This document shows positions 1-10,614 of a stretch of 56,986 nucleotides of DNA, piece by piece. Source of the DNA: Blastocatellia bacterium (GTDB lineage Bacteria > Acidobacteriota > Blastocatellia > RBC074); the NCBI GenBank assembly GCA_046155425.1, contig JBJXFM010000096.1, positions 1-56,986 on the forward strand, written 5' to 3'. The notes under the pieces are model-generated. The model did not search any database. It had not been told where the DNA came from and saw only the letters and a program-made list of their open reading frames with translations. Position numbers and translations under genes: made by a program. The number at the start of each line of letters is the position of its first letter. Within the stretch, counting starts at the first letter, position 1.

Positions 1-412
1 TTTCGGTGGTGATCTGAAACTGATCGGTGACAGTCGCCAGGGTTTCGTGCACCTGATCGGCCTTGTCGCGCGCGCGTTCGACTTCGCGTTTCGCCAGGGC
101 GGTCGAATCGCCCAGCAGGGAACGGAGCGACGCCGCTTCATCCTTTGCCATTTCGCTGATCGAGGTCAGGTGCTGCACGCCCTGGGTGATGTACGCCGAG
201 GCGTCCTTGAGTTCGCTCATCATGCTGTTGGCCATTTTCAGCACGGGCTCGGTGTTGTTGAGCAGGTATTCCGCGCGCGTCTGCAGCTGCGCGACACGTT
301 CGGCAAGGACCATGGCTCGCCGCGCCAGAAAATAAAGACCGATGAAAACACCTGCCTGGACAATCAGCAGGAGGGTCACAAACACGAGAATGATGATCAG
401 GTATGTATCCAT
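1..412 (-). CDS. Partial CDS (3' end outside window): small membrane-anchored helical protein, DUF948/YtxG-like
   Basis: It is absent from the ORF track because it runs off the window edge. Hand translation of the minus strand from the ATG at 410-412 gives MDTYLIIILVFVTLLLIVQAGVFIGLYFLARRAMVLAERVAQLQTRAEYLLNNTEPVLKMANSMMSELKDAS..., with no stop down to base 1. That is one N-terminal TM helix followed by a helical region. It sits next to a YtxH-like gene, as ytxG and ytxH do in Bacillus (family name from memory). Confidence 0.5.
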   Translation of the reverse strand, partial: MDTYLIIILVFVTLLLIVQAGVFIGLYFLARRAMVLAERVAQLQTRAEYLLNNTEPVLKMANSMMSELKDASAYITQGVQHLTSISEMAKDEAASLRSLLGDSTALAKREVERARDKADQVHETLATVTDQFQITTE

Positions 413-498
413 TGGCGCAAGGGCTCACTGCCGGGCTGTTCGGGCCTGGCTGGTCCCGGAGGCGGAGAGGAGAGGCGAAAAGGCATGCCGTCCGGGTG

Positions 499-537
499 GA
501 AAAACAAAGACGGAGAGCAGCCAGGGGCCGCTCTCCG
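499..537 (-). terminator. Rho-independent terminator candidate downstream of the YtxH-like gene
   Basis: An 8-bp stem CGGAGAGC (511-518) pairs with GCTCTCCG (530-537) around an 11-nt loop. On the minus strand it is followed by TCTTTGTTTTTC (plus-strand 499-510). Confidence 0.55.
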
Positions 538-567
538 ATTCCGTGGAATATGACGATCGCGCGCCGC

Positions 568-960
568 TTAGTTTTCGTCGAATGCGGCGCTGGATTTCAC
601 GTCGGCTTCTTTGGCTTCGCGATAGCCCTGCTTGCCGGCCTCGAGGGCGGCGGCGATGGAGGCCTTTTGCCGTGTGACGGTTTCCTTGCCGCGTTCGGAA
701 ATCTCGTTGATGGTTTCACGGCTGCGCGCGGCAAGATCGGCGGCGCGTTCGACACCGGTCTGGTAATAATCGGTGGCGCGTTCGCCGAGTTCACGGCTGC
801 GATCCCGCGCCTCATCCATGCCGCGTTTGGTCGCATCCGCGAGTTCCGAGCGCAGTTCGCTGCCCGCCTTGGGCGCGAACAGCAATGCGGTGACCGCGCC
901 AATGCCGGCGCCGATCAGAAAGAAAAGAAGGCTGTTGTTGCCATTACGATCTTCTGCCAT
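568..960 (-). CDS. YtxH-like general stress protein
   Basis: 130 aa. It has an N-terminal hydrophobic segment LLFFLIGAGIGAVTALLFAPKAGSELR, typical of the YtxH family, followed by a charged helical region. Confidence 0.75.
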   Translation of the reverse strand: MAEDRNGNNSLLFFLIGAGIGAVTALLFAPKAGSELRSELADATKRGMDEARDRSRELGERATDYYQTGVERAADLAARSRETINEISERGKETVTRQKASIAAALEAGKQGYREAKEADVKSSAAFDEN

Positions 961-1191
961 TGCATATCCTCCTTAAAAGGCTCTTGCGGCCTTCATAAAT
1001 TCCTTCCGGGCACGGACCCGAAAGGTCTTGTAAAGTACTGTAAATACGAGTTCGGGAAACAAATCGCACTATAACACCCGGACATCTGAAACAGCAAACC
1101 TGGCGTCATTGCGTTTCCCCGCCATTCGCCACGGCCCCAGGCGCGGCCCCTGAGATTCCGGATTGGCCCCGGGGGTTGTGTGTTCGGAGGC

Positions 1192-2673
1192 TCAGACTTT
1201 TAATTCTTTCCATTTGCCGCGCCGGAACGCCAGCATGGCGACCACGGCGATCATTGATTCGGCGATGGCAATGGCGAGGTACACACCCGTTTCGCCCATG
1301 CCCAGCGGCTTCGCCAGAATCCAGGCCAGCGGAATCTGAAACAGCCAGTAACAGCAGATGTTGATGATCGTCGGCGTCCGCGTATCGCCCGCGCCATTGA
1401 ACGACTGAATCATGACCATCCCCCAGGCGTAAAAAACATAGCCGTAACAGATGTATCGCAGGCAGGCGACGGCCGAGGGGACGATCTCTTCTTCCTTTGC
1501 GAAAAAGCGGATCAGCGGTTCGGCGAAGATGATAAAAAACACCGCGACCGAGCCGAGAAAGACCATGTTGCAGAATCCCGTGATCCAGACCGACTTTTCC
1601 GCGCGGTCCGGTTTGCCCGCGCCGAGGTTCTGTCCTACCAGCGTCGCTGCCGCGTTGCTGATGCCCCACGACGGCAGAATGGCGAAAATGATGATGCGCA
1701 TGGCCAGCGTATACCCCGCCAGCGCCGCGCTGCCGAAATCCGCGACAAGGCGGACCATGGCCAGCCAGCTGGCCGTGGCGATCAGATACTGAAACATGCC
1801 GCCCATGGACATACGCAGCATTTTCCCCATCAGTGGCCAGTCGGGTATAAAATCACCGCGCGGGATTTTGATGCGGCTGCGGCCGCCCAGGAGGATCCAC
1901 AACTGCATTGCGACACCGGCGAACCGGCCGATGGTTGTGGCAATACCCGACCCCGTGACACCCAGCGCCGGAATCGGCCCGAGCCCGAAAATCAGCAGCG
2001 GATCGAGAATGAAATTGACGATGTTCGCAAACCACAGGGAACGCATGGCCCAGGTTGCGTCACCGGCCCCGCGAAAGACGGCATTGATCAGAAACAGCAG
2101 GAGGATCGAGGCGTTTCCCGCGAGGATCACCGTCCCATAGCCCGTGCCCACGCGAATCACGTTTTCCGTGGCGTTCATCAGCCGGAAAATGGAAGGCGTG
2201 AAAAAGATGCCAATCACCGACACGGGAATCGAAGCCAGCATGCCCAGCAGGATCGCCTGCACGGCGGCGCGGCTTGCTCCCGCCGTGTCCTTTTCGCCAA
2301 TCCGCCGGGCCACGGTCGCCGTGGTCGCCATGCTCATGCCCATGGCCACGGTGAACACCAGCGTCAAAAGTGATTCCGTCAGCCCCACGGTCGCCGTTTC
2401 ATCCGTGCCCAGCCAATGCGCCACGTAAAACGCGTTGACGACGGCGAATAGTGATTCGAGGGCCATTTCCAGCATCATCGGCACGGCGAGCATGACGATC
2501 GCCCGCCCCATGCTGCCCTCCGTGTAATCGGCTTGTGAACCCGTCAGCGCTTCACGCAGCGAGGCCAGAATGCCGGGCCGCTTTTCCGTGGCGCCGGGTT
2601 GTATCAGCGGTGTTTCGTCGATGTTTTCCTTCAGACTCATACAGTGTTTCCATTCCGAAAAAGAAAAAGGCAA
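1192..2673 (-). CDS. MATE family multidrug/toxin efflux transporter
   Basis: 493 aa and polytopic, about 12 TM helices by eye, with a MATE-like N-terminus ([19 protein letters not shown]). The start could instead be the internal MSLKEN at 2640. Confidence 0.85.
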   Translation of the reverse strand: MPFSFSEWKHCMSLKENIDETPLIQPGATEKRPGILASLREALTGSQADYTEGSMGRAIVMLAVPMMLEMALESLFAVVNAFYVAHWLGTDETATVGLTESLLTLVFTVAMGMSMATTATVARRIGEKDTAGASRAAVQAILLGMLASIPVSVIGIFFTPSIFRLMNATENVIRVGTGYGTVILAGNASILLLFLINAVFRGAGDATWAMRSLWFANIVNFILDPLLIFGLGPIPALGVTGSGIATTIGRFAGVAMQLWILLGGRSRIKIPRGDFIPDWPLMGKMLRMSMGGMFQYLIATASWLAMVRLVADFGSAALAGYTLAMRIIIFAILPSWGISNAAATLVGQNLGAGKPDRAEKSVWITGFCNMVFLGSVAVFFIIFAEPLIRFFAKEEEIVPSAVACLRYICYGYVFYAWGMVMIQSFNGAGDTRTPTIINICCYWLFQIPLAWILAKPLGMGETGVYLAIAIAESMIAVVAMLAFRRGKWKELKV

Positions 2674-2852
2674 ATATCAAAAGGCACAGCCGCCTGTATC
2701 GCGACAGGGGCGAACGAACCCGCGGAAACAGGACACAAAAAGCACAGGGACTACCGCGCATTGCGCCGGCGCAGCCCCGGAAATGGCTTTATGCGATCTG
2801 TTTCCGTCTTAGTTCATCACAGGCGTTAGCCTTTTACCTTTTGATATTTGCC
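2669..2852. repeat. Perfect 16-bp inverted repeat pair (GGCAAATATCAAAAGG / CCTTTTGATATTTGCC) flanking a 152-bp segment
   Basis: Read directly: 2669-2684 is the exact reverse complement of 2837-2852. It lies between the MATE gene start and the suhB-like stop. Confidence 0.85.
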
Positions 2853-2877
2853 GTATGTATTTGTTTTGGCCGGGGAA

Positions 2878-3657
2878 TTATGTCCGAACCGTGCGCAATA
2901 CCGCAAGCGCTTCGTCGTGGATGCGGCCATTGGAACAAAGCAGGCTGGGCACGAAAGGATCGAACGGGCCGCCATCGAGATTGCTCAGCCGTCCGCCCGC
3001 TTCGCTGACAATGACCGCGCCAGCCGCGCCATCCCATGCGTGCAGGCCGTTTTCCCAGAATCCGTCGACGCGGCCACAGGCGACATAGGCCATGTCAATC
3101 GCCGCCGCGCCAAAACGGCGCACGCCCTGAGACGTAGCCAGAAAGGCTTCCAGGGCGGGCAGGTACTCGTGCATGCGTTCGCGCACGTCATACGGGAAGC
3201 CGGTGACGAGCAGGGCCTTTTCCAGTGGCTCGACATCCGAGACGCGGATTTTCTGCCCGTTCAGCGTTGCGCCCGCGCCGCGTTCGGCCACGAACATTTC
3301 ATCCCGCGTGGGGTCATAAATTATTCCCGCGACCAGTTCGCCGCGATGCTCGATGCCGATGGATACGGCAAAGCAGGGAAAACCGTGCGCGAAGTTCGTG
3401 GTGCCGTCCAGCGGGTCGATGATCCAGCAATAATCAAAATCCTGGTGGTGACTGACGCCGCTTTCCTCGGCGATGATGCGATGCGCGGGGAACGCCGCGC
3501 CGATGCGTTGCTTGAGATGTTTTTCGCTGGCGAGATCGGCTTCGGTGACGAGGTTGATGCGGCCCTTGTGCGTGATCTCGAACCCGCGCGCCGCATATTC
3601 GCGCAGGATGTCGCCCGCCTCGCGGGCAATGTCGATGGCAAATTCAGGAATGGTCAT
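2878..3657 (-). CDS. suhB: Inositol monophosphatase family protein (SuhB-like)
   Basis: 259 aa. IMPase motifs are present: WIIDPLDGTTNFAHG and the C-terminal WDGAAGAVIVSEAGG. Confidence 0.9.
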   Translation of the reverse strand: MTIPEFAIDIAREAGDILREYAARGFEITHKGRINLVTEADLASEKHLKQRIGAAFPAHRIIAEESGVSHHQDFDYCWIIDPLDGTTNFAHGFPCFAVSIGIEHRGELVAGIIYDPTRDEMFVAERGAGATLNGQKIRVSDVEPLEKALLVTGFPYDVRERMHEYLPALEAFLATSQGVRRFGAAAIDMAYVACGRVDGFWENGLHAWDGAAGAVIVSEAGGRLSNLDGGPFDPFVPSLLCSNGRIHDEALAVLRTVRT

Positions 3658-3678
3658 GAAAACGGAAGGCCTTTATGG

Positions 3679-4641
3679 TCACGGCGCGCCCTGGATGATC
3701 ATGGCGGCCAGCAGGGGAATCATCAGTTCGTGGTGTCCGGTGATGCTGTGCCCGCGCCCCGCGCCATTGGCCACGGGGCGGCGCACGACGTTGGTTTGCG
3801 GGCGGTAAGCCTGGATGAAATCGAAATTCGCCGTCGTGAAATCCGTCAGCGAATGGCCGAGATTGCGCGCCACGGTCACGGCTTTTAAAAACACCTCGGG
3901 CAGGGTCACGGCGGAACCGACATTGAGATACAGACCGCCGCCGTCCAGATGGCGGACCATGGTGGTCATCAGGCGAAAGTCACGATGCGAGGTCGCGCCA
4001 ATGGCCGCGCCATCGGCGTGCGGACTGAGGTGAATGATGTCCGCGCCCACGGTCACATGCGCGGTGACGGGGATTTTGTGGTTGTATGCCGCGTGCAGCA
4101 GCGAATATTCACTGTATGGCGGCGCGGTTGCGGTCAGCATGCGGCCGATGGATTCGCCAAGGCCGATGTCATCGGCCGCGCCGCGCCGGATGGCTTCGTT
4201 GAGCATGCGGCCTGTTTCCTCGGCCATGCCGAATGCGCCACTGCCCAGCGCTTCGTCCACGTCCTCTGAGGTCGCGCCGGTCAGCGCGATCTCGAAATCG
4301 TGAATGATACCGGAGCCATTCAGCGCAATGGAACTGACAAAGCCGCGTTTCATCAGATCGATCAGGATCGGCGCGAGACCGGTTTTGATGACATGTCCGC
4401 CGAGGCCCCAGATGATCGCGCGGCCCGTGGCCCGTGCGCGCAGGGCTGATGCGGCGATGGCGCGCAGGCTTTGCGCCGCGAGAATATTGGGCATGGAAGC
4501 GAGCAGGACGTTTGCCTGCGCGGCCTCGGCATCGCTCAGCGGGCGCGCGAAATCACGGACCGTGACTTTGCTGTGACGGGACTGTAGCGGGTAGGTCGAG
4601 ATTTGCGCCAGGTCAGCCGGCTGATGATGGTAGGTGGACAT
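3679..4641 (-). CDS. Deoxyhypusine-synthase-like (DHS-fold) protein, function unknown
   Basis: 320 aa. The segment GLGGHVIKTGLAPILIDLMKRGFVSSIALNGSGIIHDFE resembles the DHS-family core pattern; this is from memory and not verified. It is tightly packed between the suhB-like and SIS genes. Confidence 0.5.
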   Translation of the reverse strand: MSTYHHQPADLAQISTYPLQSRHSKVTVRDFARPLSDAEAAQANVLLASMPNILAAQSLRAIAASALRARATGRAIIWGLGGHVIKTGLAPILIDLMKRGFVSSIALNGSGIIHDFEIALTGATSEDVDEALGSGAFGMAEETGRMLNEAIRRGAADDIGLGESIGRMLTATAPPYSEYSLLHAAYNHKIPVTAHVTVGADIIHLSPHADGAAIGATSHRDFRLMTTMVRHLDGGGLYLNVGSAVTLPEVFLKAVTVARNLGHSLTDFTTANFDFIQAYRPQTNVVRRPVANGAGRGHSITGHHELMIPLLAAMIIQGAP

Positions 4642-4651
4642 TCAGCGGTGG

Positions 4652-5320
4652 TTACCTTTGTTGCGGAAACATCGCATCCTCGATCAGCTGACAGAGGATG
4701 TGGCCGACTTCAATGTGAATTTCCTGGATGCGCGGCGTGTTGTGGCTGGGAACGACGAGGGCCTGGTCCACCAGCATGGCCGCGCGGCCGCCATCGCCGC
4801 CGCCCAGCAGGCCAATCGTGCTGATGCCCATGCGGCGCGCCTGCCGAAAGGCTTCGATCACATTCGGAGAATTGCCGCTGGTGGAAATGCCGATCGCGAC
4901 GTCACCAGCGCGGCCGATGGCGGCGACCTGGCGGGAAAAAACATACTGAAACGAACTGTCGTTGCTGACGGCGGTCAGCAGGGAAGTGTCGGTGGTCAGG
5001 GCGATGGCCGGCAACGCGGGCCGCTGGCGATCCATTTTGAAGGCCAGCTCGGCAGCGATGTGCTGCGCGTCGGCCGCCGATCCACCGTTGCCGAACAGCA
5101 GCAGCTTGCCGCCGATGCGCATCGACTGGACGATCGTCCGCGCGGCGCGCGCGATGTCGGGGGCGGCGAAACTGAAATAACGGCATTTGACGTCGAGGCT
5201 TTCCGTGATCATCTCGCTGATGGATTCCTCGAAACGATCCTCGGGCGCCGTGTCATTTACTGTCGAAAACGACTCGGGATCATGGTTGGAAAAACGGGGT
5301 CGCAGAATGGGCACGCTCAT
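4652..5320 (-). CDS. SIS-domain sugar-phosphate isomerase, GmhA/DiaA-like
   Basis: 222 aa. It carries LLLFGNGGSAADAQHIAAEL and ISTSGNSPNV, the characteristic phosphoheptose-isomerase/SIS motifs. Confidence 0.75.
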   Translation of the reverse strand: MSVPILRPRFSNHDPESFSTVNDTAPEDRFEESISEMITESLDVKCRYFSFAAPDIARAARTIVQSMRIGGKLLLFGNGGSAADAQHIAAELAFKMDRQRPALPAIALTTDTSLLTAVSNDSSFQYVFSRQVAAIGRAGDVAIGISTSGNSPNVIEAFRQARRMGISTIGLLGGGDGGRAAMLVDQALVVPSHNTPRIQEIHIEVGHILCQLIEDAMFPQQR

Positions 5321-6876
5321 AATAAAAATCTCTGATCGTTCTGGTGGTTACGGTTTGCGGTTTGTTCCTGCTCCGGAATGCTGAGGGAAAATTCCTGCCG
5401 GCCGATCCGGATGACATCGCCGGGTTGCAGCGGCGCCGACAACAAAACACGGACGCCGTTGACCCATACGCCATTGCGGCTTTCCTTGTCGTGGACGCTG
5501 AACCGGCCGTTTTCGTGCAGAATTTCCGCGTGGTAGCGGCTGGCGCGGTCGCTGTTGACGACAATGTCGTTATCGACGTTTCGCCCGATGCGCGTGCAGC
5601 GGCCCCGCAGAATGTGCGGCGCGCTGGTGTCCACCGCGATCAGTCGCCACAACGGATTGTGCGCGTTGTCATCCGCGACGGCAAAATCCGGGTTGGTTTC
5701 GGGGACAGGCGCGGGTGTTTCGGCAAACGACTGGCGCGGAACCGCCCCCGGGAAGGCCGTGACATTCCCATTGTCCCGCGCCGGTCGCGCGCCAGGCTCC
5801 GCGATGGGTTGTTCGAGTGATGTGGCCAGCGGAACAGCCAGCGGAACAGCCAGCCCGGGCGTGTCTGATAACTCCATCGACGGTTGCGCCAGCGGGATTT
5901 CATCCGTGTTCAGATAATCCCGCGGCAGGGAGCTCAGAATTTTTGTATGCGGATTTGAATTACGTTCCCGGTGTCCCTGGTGCAGCGCGAAACGCACCAG
6001 CCGCCGCACGCGATCCGTCAGATAGGGCTGATCGGCGATGATGTCGGCGACGCGGCTGCCGACGTTGCGGACATCGTTGATCTGCTCCAGAAACTCGCGC
6101 ACATCCAGTTTTTCATAAAGGCTGATGCCGACGCCGAACCTGAGCATCCCGGTCACCGCCGAGGTCAGGGAACCGCAGGCGATGAAACCCGCGCGATCGG
6201 CCGTGAATTCCGCGCGGTTGATCCAGTCACCGAAAATCACGCTGTTGAGCAGTTTGCCGATCACCGGCACTTCCGATCCGACTGGTTTCAGCAATGTCCG
6301 CAGCCACGTATGCCCCGCCATGATGTGTCCGGTCTCGCGGCCGATGAAAAACAGCAGGTTGTCTTTAGGCATCTGATCGATCATCGACGACGTGATGACG
6401 ATCAGCGGCTGGCCGAGAAATCCCAGCGTGTAAATCTGCTGTTCGGACGAGCGCCGCACATACACCGGGACCAGGGGAGTGGCCAGGCGTTCAGACGCGG
6501 TGACGGCCAGTTGGTGGATTTCCGGGAACTGGCGCGGGCTGACGCGGACCATGGTGCCGAAAACGGAGCGTTGCTGAACGATGACCGTGACGATGTAAAC
6601 AGCCAGGGCAACCGCCGTGACGATCAGGATCTGCCCGGCCTGCCGGGTACTGCTGGGGAAAAAACGCACAGCCAGGGCGAACAGCGTCGCGAGCACCAGC
6701 AGGGTAATGGTCAGCGACACAAATTCACCCGGGTAGCGGTAATCCCGCAGCCTGGCTTGTTTTCCCGGTTCGGCGATACTGCTCATCGGAAACACACCTG
6801 AAACTCCTGAAATGCTTAACAGAACTGGCATTATAACAAAACAACGAATCCGGGCCAGAGCCCGCCGCCTTTTCAT
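5317..6876 (-). CDS. Membrane M48-like (degenerate HExxH) domain fused to a C-terminal FHA domain
   Basis: 519 aa. It has two N-terminal TM helices and an M48-type core, FIGRETGHIMAGH...FTADRAGF, where RETGH sits where HExxH is expected. A Pro-rich linker follows, then an FHA signature RIGRNVDNDIVVNSDRASRYHAEI...ESRNGVWVNG. The start is uncertain (alternative MSSIAEP at 6786). It overlaps the SIS gene by 4 nt. Confidence 0.75.
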   Translation of the reverse strand: MKRRRALARIRCFVIMPVLLSISGVSGVFPMSSIAEPGKQARLRDYRYPGEFVSLTITLLVLATLFALAVRFFPSSTRQAGQILIVTAVALAVYIVTVIVQQRSVFGTMVRVSPRQFPEIHQLAVTASERLATPLVPVYVRRSSEQQIYTLGFLGQPLIVITSSMIDQMPKDNLLFFIGRETGHIMAGHTWLRTLLKPVGSEVPVIGKLLNSVIFGDWINRAEFTADRAGFIACGSLTSAVTGMLRFGVGISLYEKLDVREFLEQINDVRNVGSRVADIIADQPYLTDRVRRLVRFALHQGHRERNSNPHTKILSSLPRDYLNTDEIPLAQPSMELSDTPGLAVPLAVPLATSLEQPIAEPGARPARDNGNVTAFPGAVPRQSFAETPAPVPETNPDFAVADDNAHNPLWRLIAVDTSAPHILRGRCTRIGRNVDNDIVVNSDRASRYHAEILHENGRFSVHDKESRNGVWVNGVRVLLSAPLQPGDVIRIGRQEFSLSIPEQEQTANRNHQNDQRFLL

Positions 6877-6994
6877 TTGCGCGGCGATTTGCCAGAATCG
6901 CCCGGAAGCTGTTCAAACGAAGGTGAAACCGGGAATGCGCCACGCCGCGCGTCTTTCCCCCTGTGGTAAAACGCTCCGAGATGACCCCGATAAC

Positions 6995-8050
6995 ATGAAA
7001 AGCAGACTACATGCAGGCCTGATTGTGGCGCTGTTGCTGACGGCGCTGGTGGTTTCCGTTGTTTCCGGCCAGGGCAAACGGAAACTGGATATTTATTATG
7101 TCGATGTCGAGGGCGGCGCCGCGACGCTGATCGTCACGCCCGCCGGTGAATCCGTCCTCGTGGACGCGGGCTGGCCGGGCCGCGAGGGCCGCGACGCCAA
7201 ACGCATACAAAAGGCCATGCAACAGGCCGGCATCAGCGCCATCGATCACCTGATCATGACGCATTACCACGTCGATCATTTCGGCGGCATCGCCGACCTG
7301 GCGAAACAGGTCACCATTCATCGCTTTTATGATCGCGGCGTTCTGGGGACGGACATCAGGGAATACAAGGACAATCCGGCCATGTATCAGGGTTATCTGG
7401 CCGCCGCCGGCAACAAAAACATCACGCTCAAACCCGGCGACGAAATCAAACTGAAATCAGCGCCGGGAACCCCGGCCGTGAAACTGCTGGTCCTGGCCGC
7501 GAGCACAAATGTCATCAGCGGCAAAAAAGGCGCGGTGAACGCCGAATGCGCCACCGCCACCGCCCAGCCGGAAGACACCTCCGACAACGCCCGCAGCGTG
7601 ACATTCAAACTTAGTTACGGAAACTTTGATTTCTTTGACGCCGGCGACCTGACATGGAACATCGAGCAGAAACTCGCCTGCCCGGCGAATCTTGTTGGCG
7701 AGGTGGATCTGTATCAGGTGACACACCACGGCATGAACACCAGCAATAACCCGGCGCTGGTGCGCGCGCTCAAACCCACGGTCGCGATCATGAACAACGG
7801 ACCGCGCAAGGGCGGGCACCCGGATACATACAAAACGCTGCGCGCGCAGGCTTCCATCAGGGATGTATGGCAGCTGCATCGCAATGTGACGACCACGGCC
7901 GAGCAGAACACCACGCCCGATTACATCGCCAACATGGAAGAAGCCGGCGACGAGGCGCACATGGTCACGGTCAGCGTGGACGCGGCGAAACGCAATTTCA
8001 CCCTGACCAATCAACGCAACCAGAAATCACAGACATACGCCACGCGATAA
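6995..8050 (+). CDS. Secreted metallo-beta-lactamase-fold hydrolase (ComEC-type MBL domain)
   Basis: The start is placed at ATG 6995 (MKSRLHAGLIVALLLTALVVSVVSG), which gives a signal peptide. The MBL motif HYHVDHFGG is present. Confidence 0.8.
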   Translation: MKSRLHAGLIVALLLTALVVSVVSGQGKRKLDIYYVDVEGGAATLIVTPAGESVLVDAGWPGREGRDAKRIQKAMQQAGISAIDHLIMTHYHVDHFGGIADLAKQVTIHRFYDRGVLGTDIREYKDNPAMYQGYLAAAGNKNITLKPGDEIKLKSAPGTPAVKLLVLAASTNVISGKKGAVNAECATATAQPEDTSDNARSVTFKLSYGNFDFFDAGDLTWNIEQKLACPANLVGEVDLYQVTHHGMNTSNNPALVRALKPTVAIMNNGPRKGGHPDTYKTLRAQASIRDVWQLHRNVTTTAEQNTTPDYIANMEEAGDEAHMVTVSVDAAKRNFTLTNQRNQKSQTYATR

Positions 8051-8069
8051 GCGTGGGGAGAAACCGCGG

Positions 8070-8402
8070 GTGAGGACAGGTATGAAAGTACAGCTTGTGC
8101 AAATCGCGCATGCGCGTTCGGGTGACAAGGGCGACACCGCCAACATCGGCCTGATCGCGCTGAAACCGGAATATTATCCCGCGCTGGTGCGCGAAGTGAC
8201 GGCCGCGCGTGTCGCGCGGCATTTCGCGGGCATCTGTCTGGGCGAGGTCGAGCGGTTTGAATTGCCCAATCTGCATGCGCTGAACTTTCTGCTGCACCAG
8301 AGCCTTGGCGGCGGCGGAACGATTTCCCTGAAAACCGACCCGCAGGGAAAGACGCTGAGTTCGGCCCTGCTGCGCATGGAAATCGAAATGGATACGGTGT
8401 GA
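8070..8402 (+). CDS. Small stand-alone protein resembling the C-terminal domain of AtuA/DUF1446 proteins
   Basis: 110 aa. The segment IAHARSGDKGDTANIGLIA...FLLHQSLGGGGTISLKTDPQGK resembles the AtuA C-terminal region as I remember it. It is unverified. Confidence 0.45.
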   Translation: MRTGMKVQLVQIAHARSGDKGDTANIGLIALKPEYYPALVREVTAARVARHFAGICLGEVERFELPNLHALNFLLHQSLGGGGTISLKTDPQGKTLSSALLRMEIEMDTV

Positions 8403-8446
8403 GCGCCGCCTCGAGGCGAAGCCAAAGACAGACTGGCATGAAAAAC

Positions 8447-8477
8447 GGGCTGGAAATCCGCGATGGATTTCCAGCCC
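8447..8477. terminator. Bidirectional terminator hairpin between convergent genes
   Basis: A 13-bp perfect stem GGGCTGGAAATCC/GGATTTCCAGCCC with a 5-nt loop. It is flanked by GAAAAAC upstream and a T-rich AGATTGTTTTCT downstream. Confidence 0.55.
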
Positions 8478-8512
8478 AGATTGTTTTCTGGCAGAGTGAA
8501 AAGGTGTTGCGC

Positions 8513-9700
<1,188 letters not shown>

Positions 9701-10016
9701 AAGCCCAAGCCTCCTAACTGACGATTCGTGAAGTTTTTTTCTCTGCCAGAATTACTGCCACCAACCGGGTCCCTGCTGTTGTGCCCAGTAATAACTTCCA
9801 ACTGACAGCCCATTCCAGAACTCTTTCCCGCCTTTTCGGCTTTCTTCACGAAAGCAGTCAATTAGACCGTTAATTACCCTTTCGGGTTGTCCACGTTCAC
9901 GGTTTCAACTTTGCCGAACGTACGCGGGGGGATCATACCTGGAATCCGCCAGGCTTTCAATCAGCCTGACCGGTATTCAAGACCGAAAACCCGCTTCTGT
10001 CCTGCGTTTTTACGGA

Positions 10017-10598
10017 TTAATGTTGTCTGTCTAAGTTTAAACGAAATAGCTTTCTGCCGGCGAAAGACAGGAAGACAAGGAGCAGCGAGGGAAACCAGAT
10101 CCATTTCAGCTCGCTGATGAAGACGGTCAGGCCGCGCGCGCTGAAAAAGTCCGCGCCGATGGGGGAGACTTCAATGGGCCGCCAGGGCAGGAAATAGCGC
10201 GTGTTGTCCAGCGGCGCAAGCACGGCCGGGCCAGGCCCTCCATTGGTCATTGCGTCGAGGAAGCTGTGCGAAATCGTGGCGAGGAAAAAGAACCCGGCCA
10301 GCGCCACGCGCGGGCATTGCGCCTCGCGTTCGCGAAAGCAGATCAGCGTGACCAGCAGCGCCGTCAGCAGGGCAAACGCTATCGAATGCGAAATGCCACG
10401 ATGCCCCAGCACGTGTCTGTAGGGAACGCCAAAGGTAAACGAGATGACATCGGCGTCCGGGATCATCGCGCAGAGCGCCGTGAGCGCCCAAAACCGCGCG
10501 GGCATTTTCCACGGCGCTTTTCCGGCCAGCGCCGGGGCCGCCGTGAATCCCGCGCCCAGCGCCATCGCAAATACCGCATGGGAAAAAATAGTCGCCAT
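10017..10598 (-). CDS. Membrane-bound metal-dependent hydrolase, YdjM/DUF457 family
   Basis: 193 aa. It has an N-terminal MATIFSHAVFA, IPDADV, and GHRGISHS motifs in a polytopic membrane protein. Confidence 0.7.
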   Translation of the reverse strand: MATIFSHAVFAMALGAGFTAAPALAGKAPWKMPARFWALTALCAMIPDADVISFTFGVPYRHVLGHRGISHSIAFALLTALLVTLICFREREAQCPRVALAGFFFLATISHSFLDAMTNGGPGPAVLAPLDNTRYFLPWRPIEVSPIGADFFSARGLTVFISELKWIWFPSLLLVFLSFAGRKLFRLNLDRQH

Positions 10599-10614
10599 GG
10601 CTTGTGTAATCTGG

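Noticed and set aside
2848-3888. A 346-aa plus-strand ORF, and similar long ORFs at 18779-20164, 20184-21323, 21271-22599, 28041-29138, 34404-35831, 36733-38025 and 40902-42131.
   Set aside because: Each lies antisense to a gene with unambiguous family motifs (suhB, M16, hemE, ypdA-like, ftsZ, murG, murD, murE). Each has an Arg/Gly/Asp-rich artefact composition.
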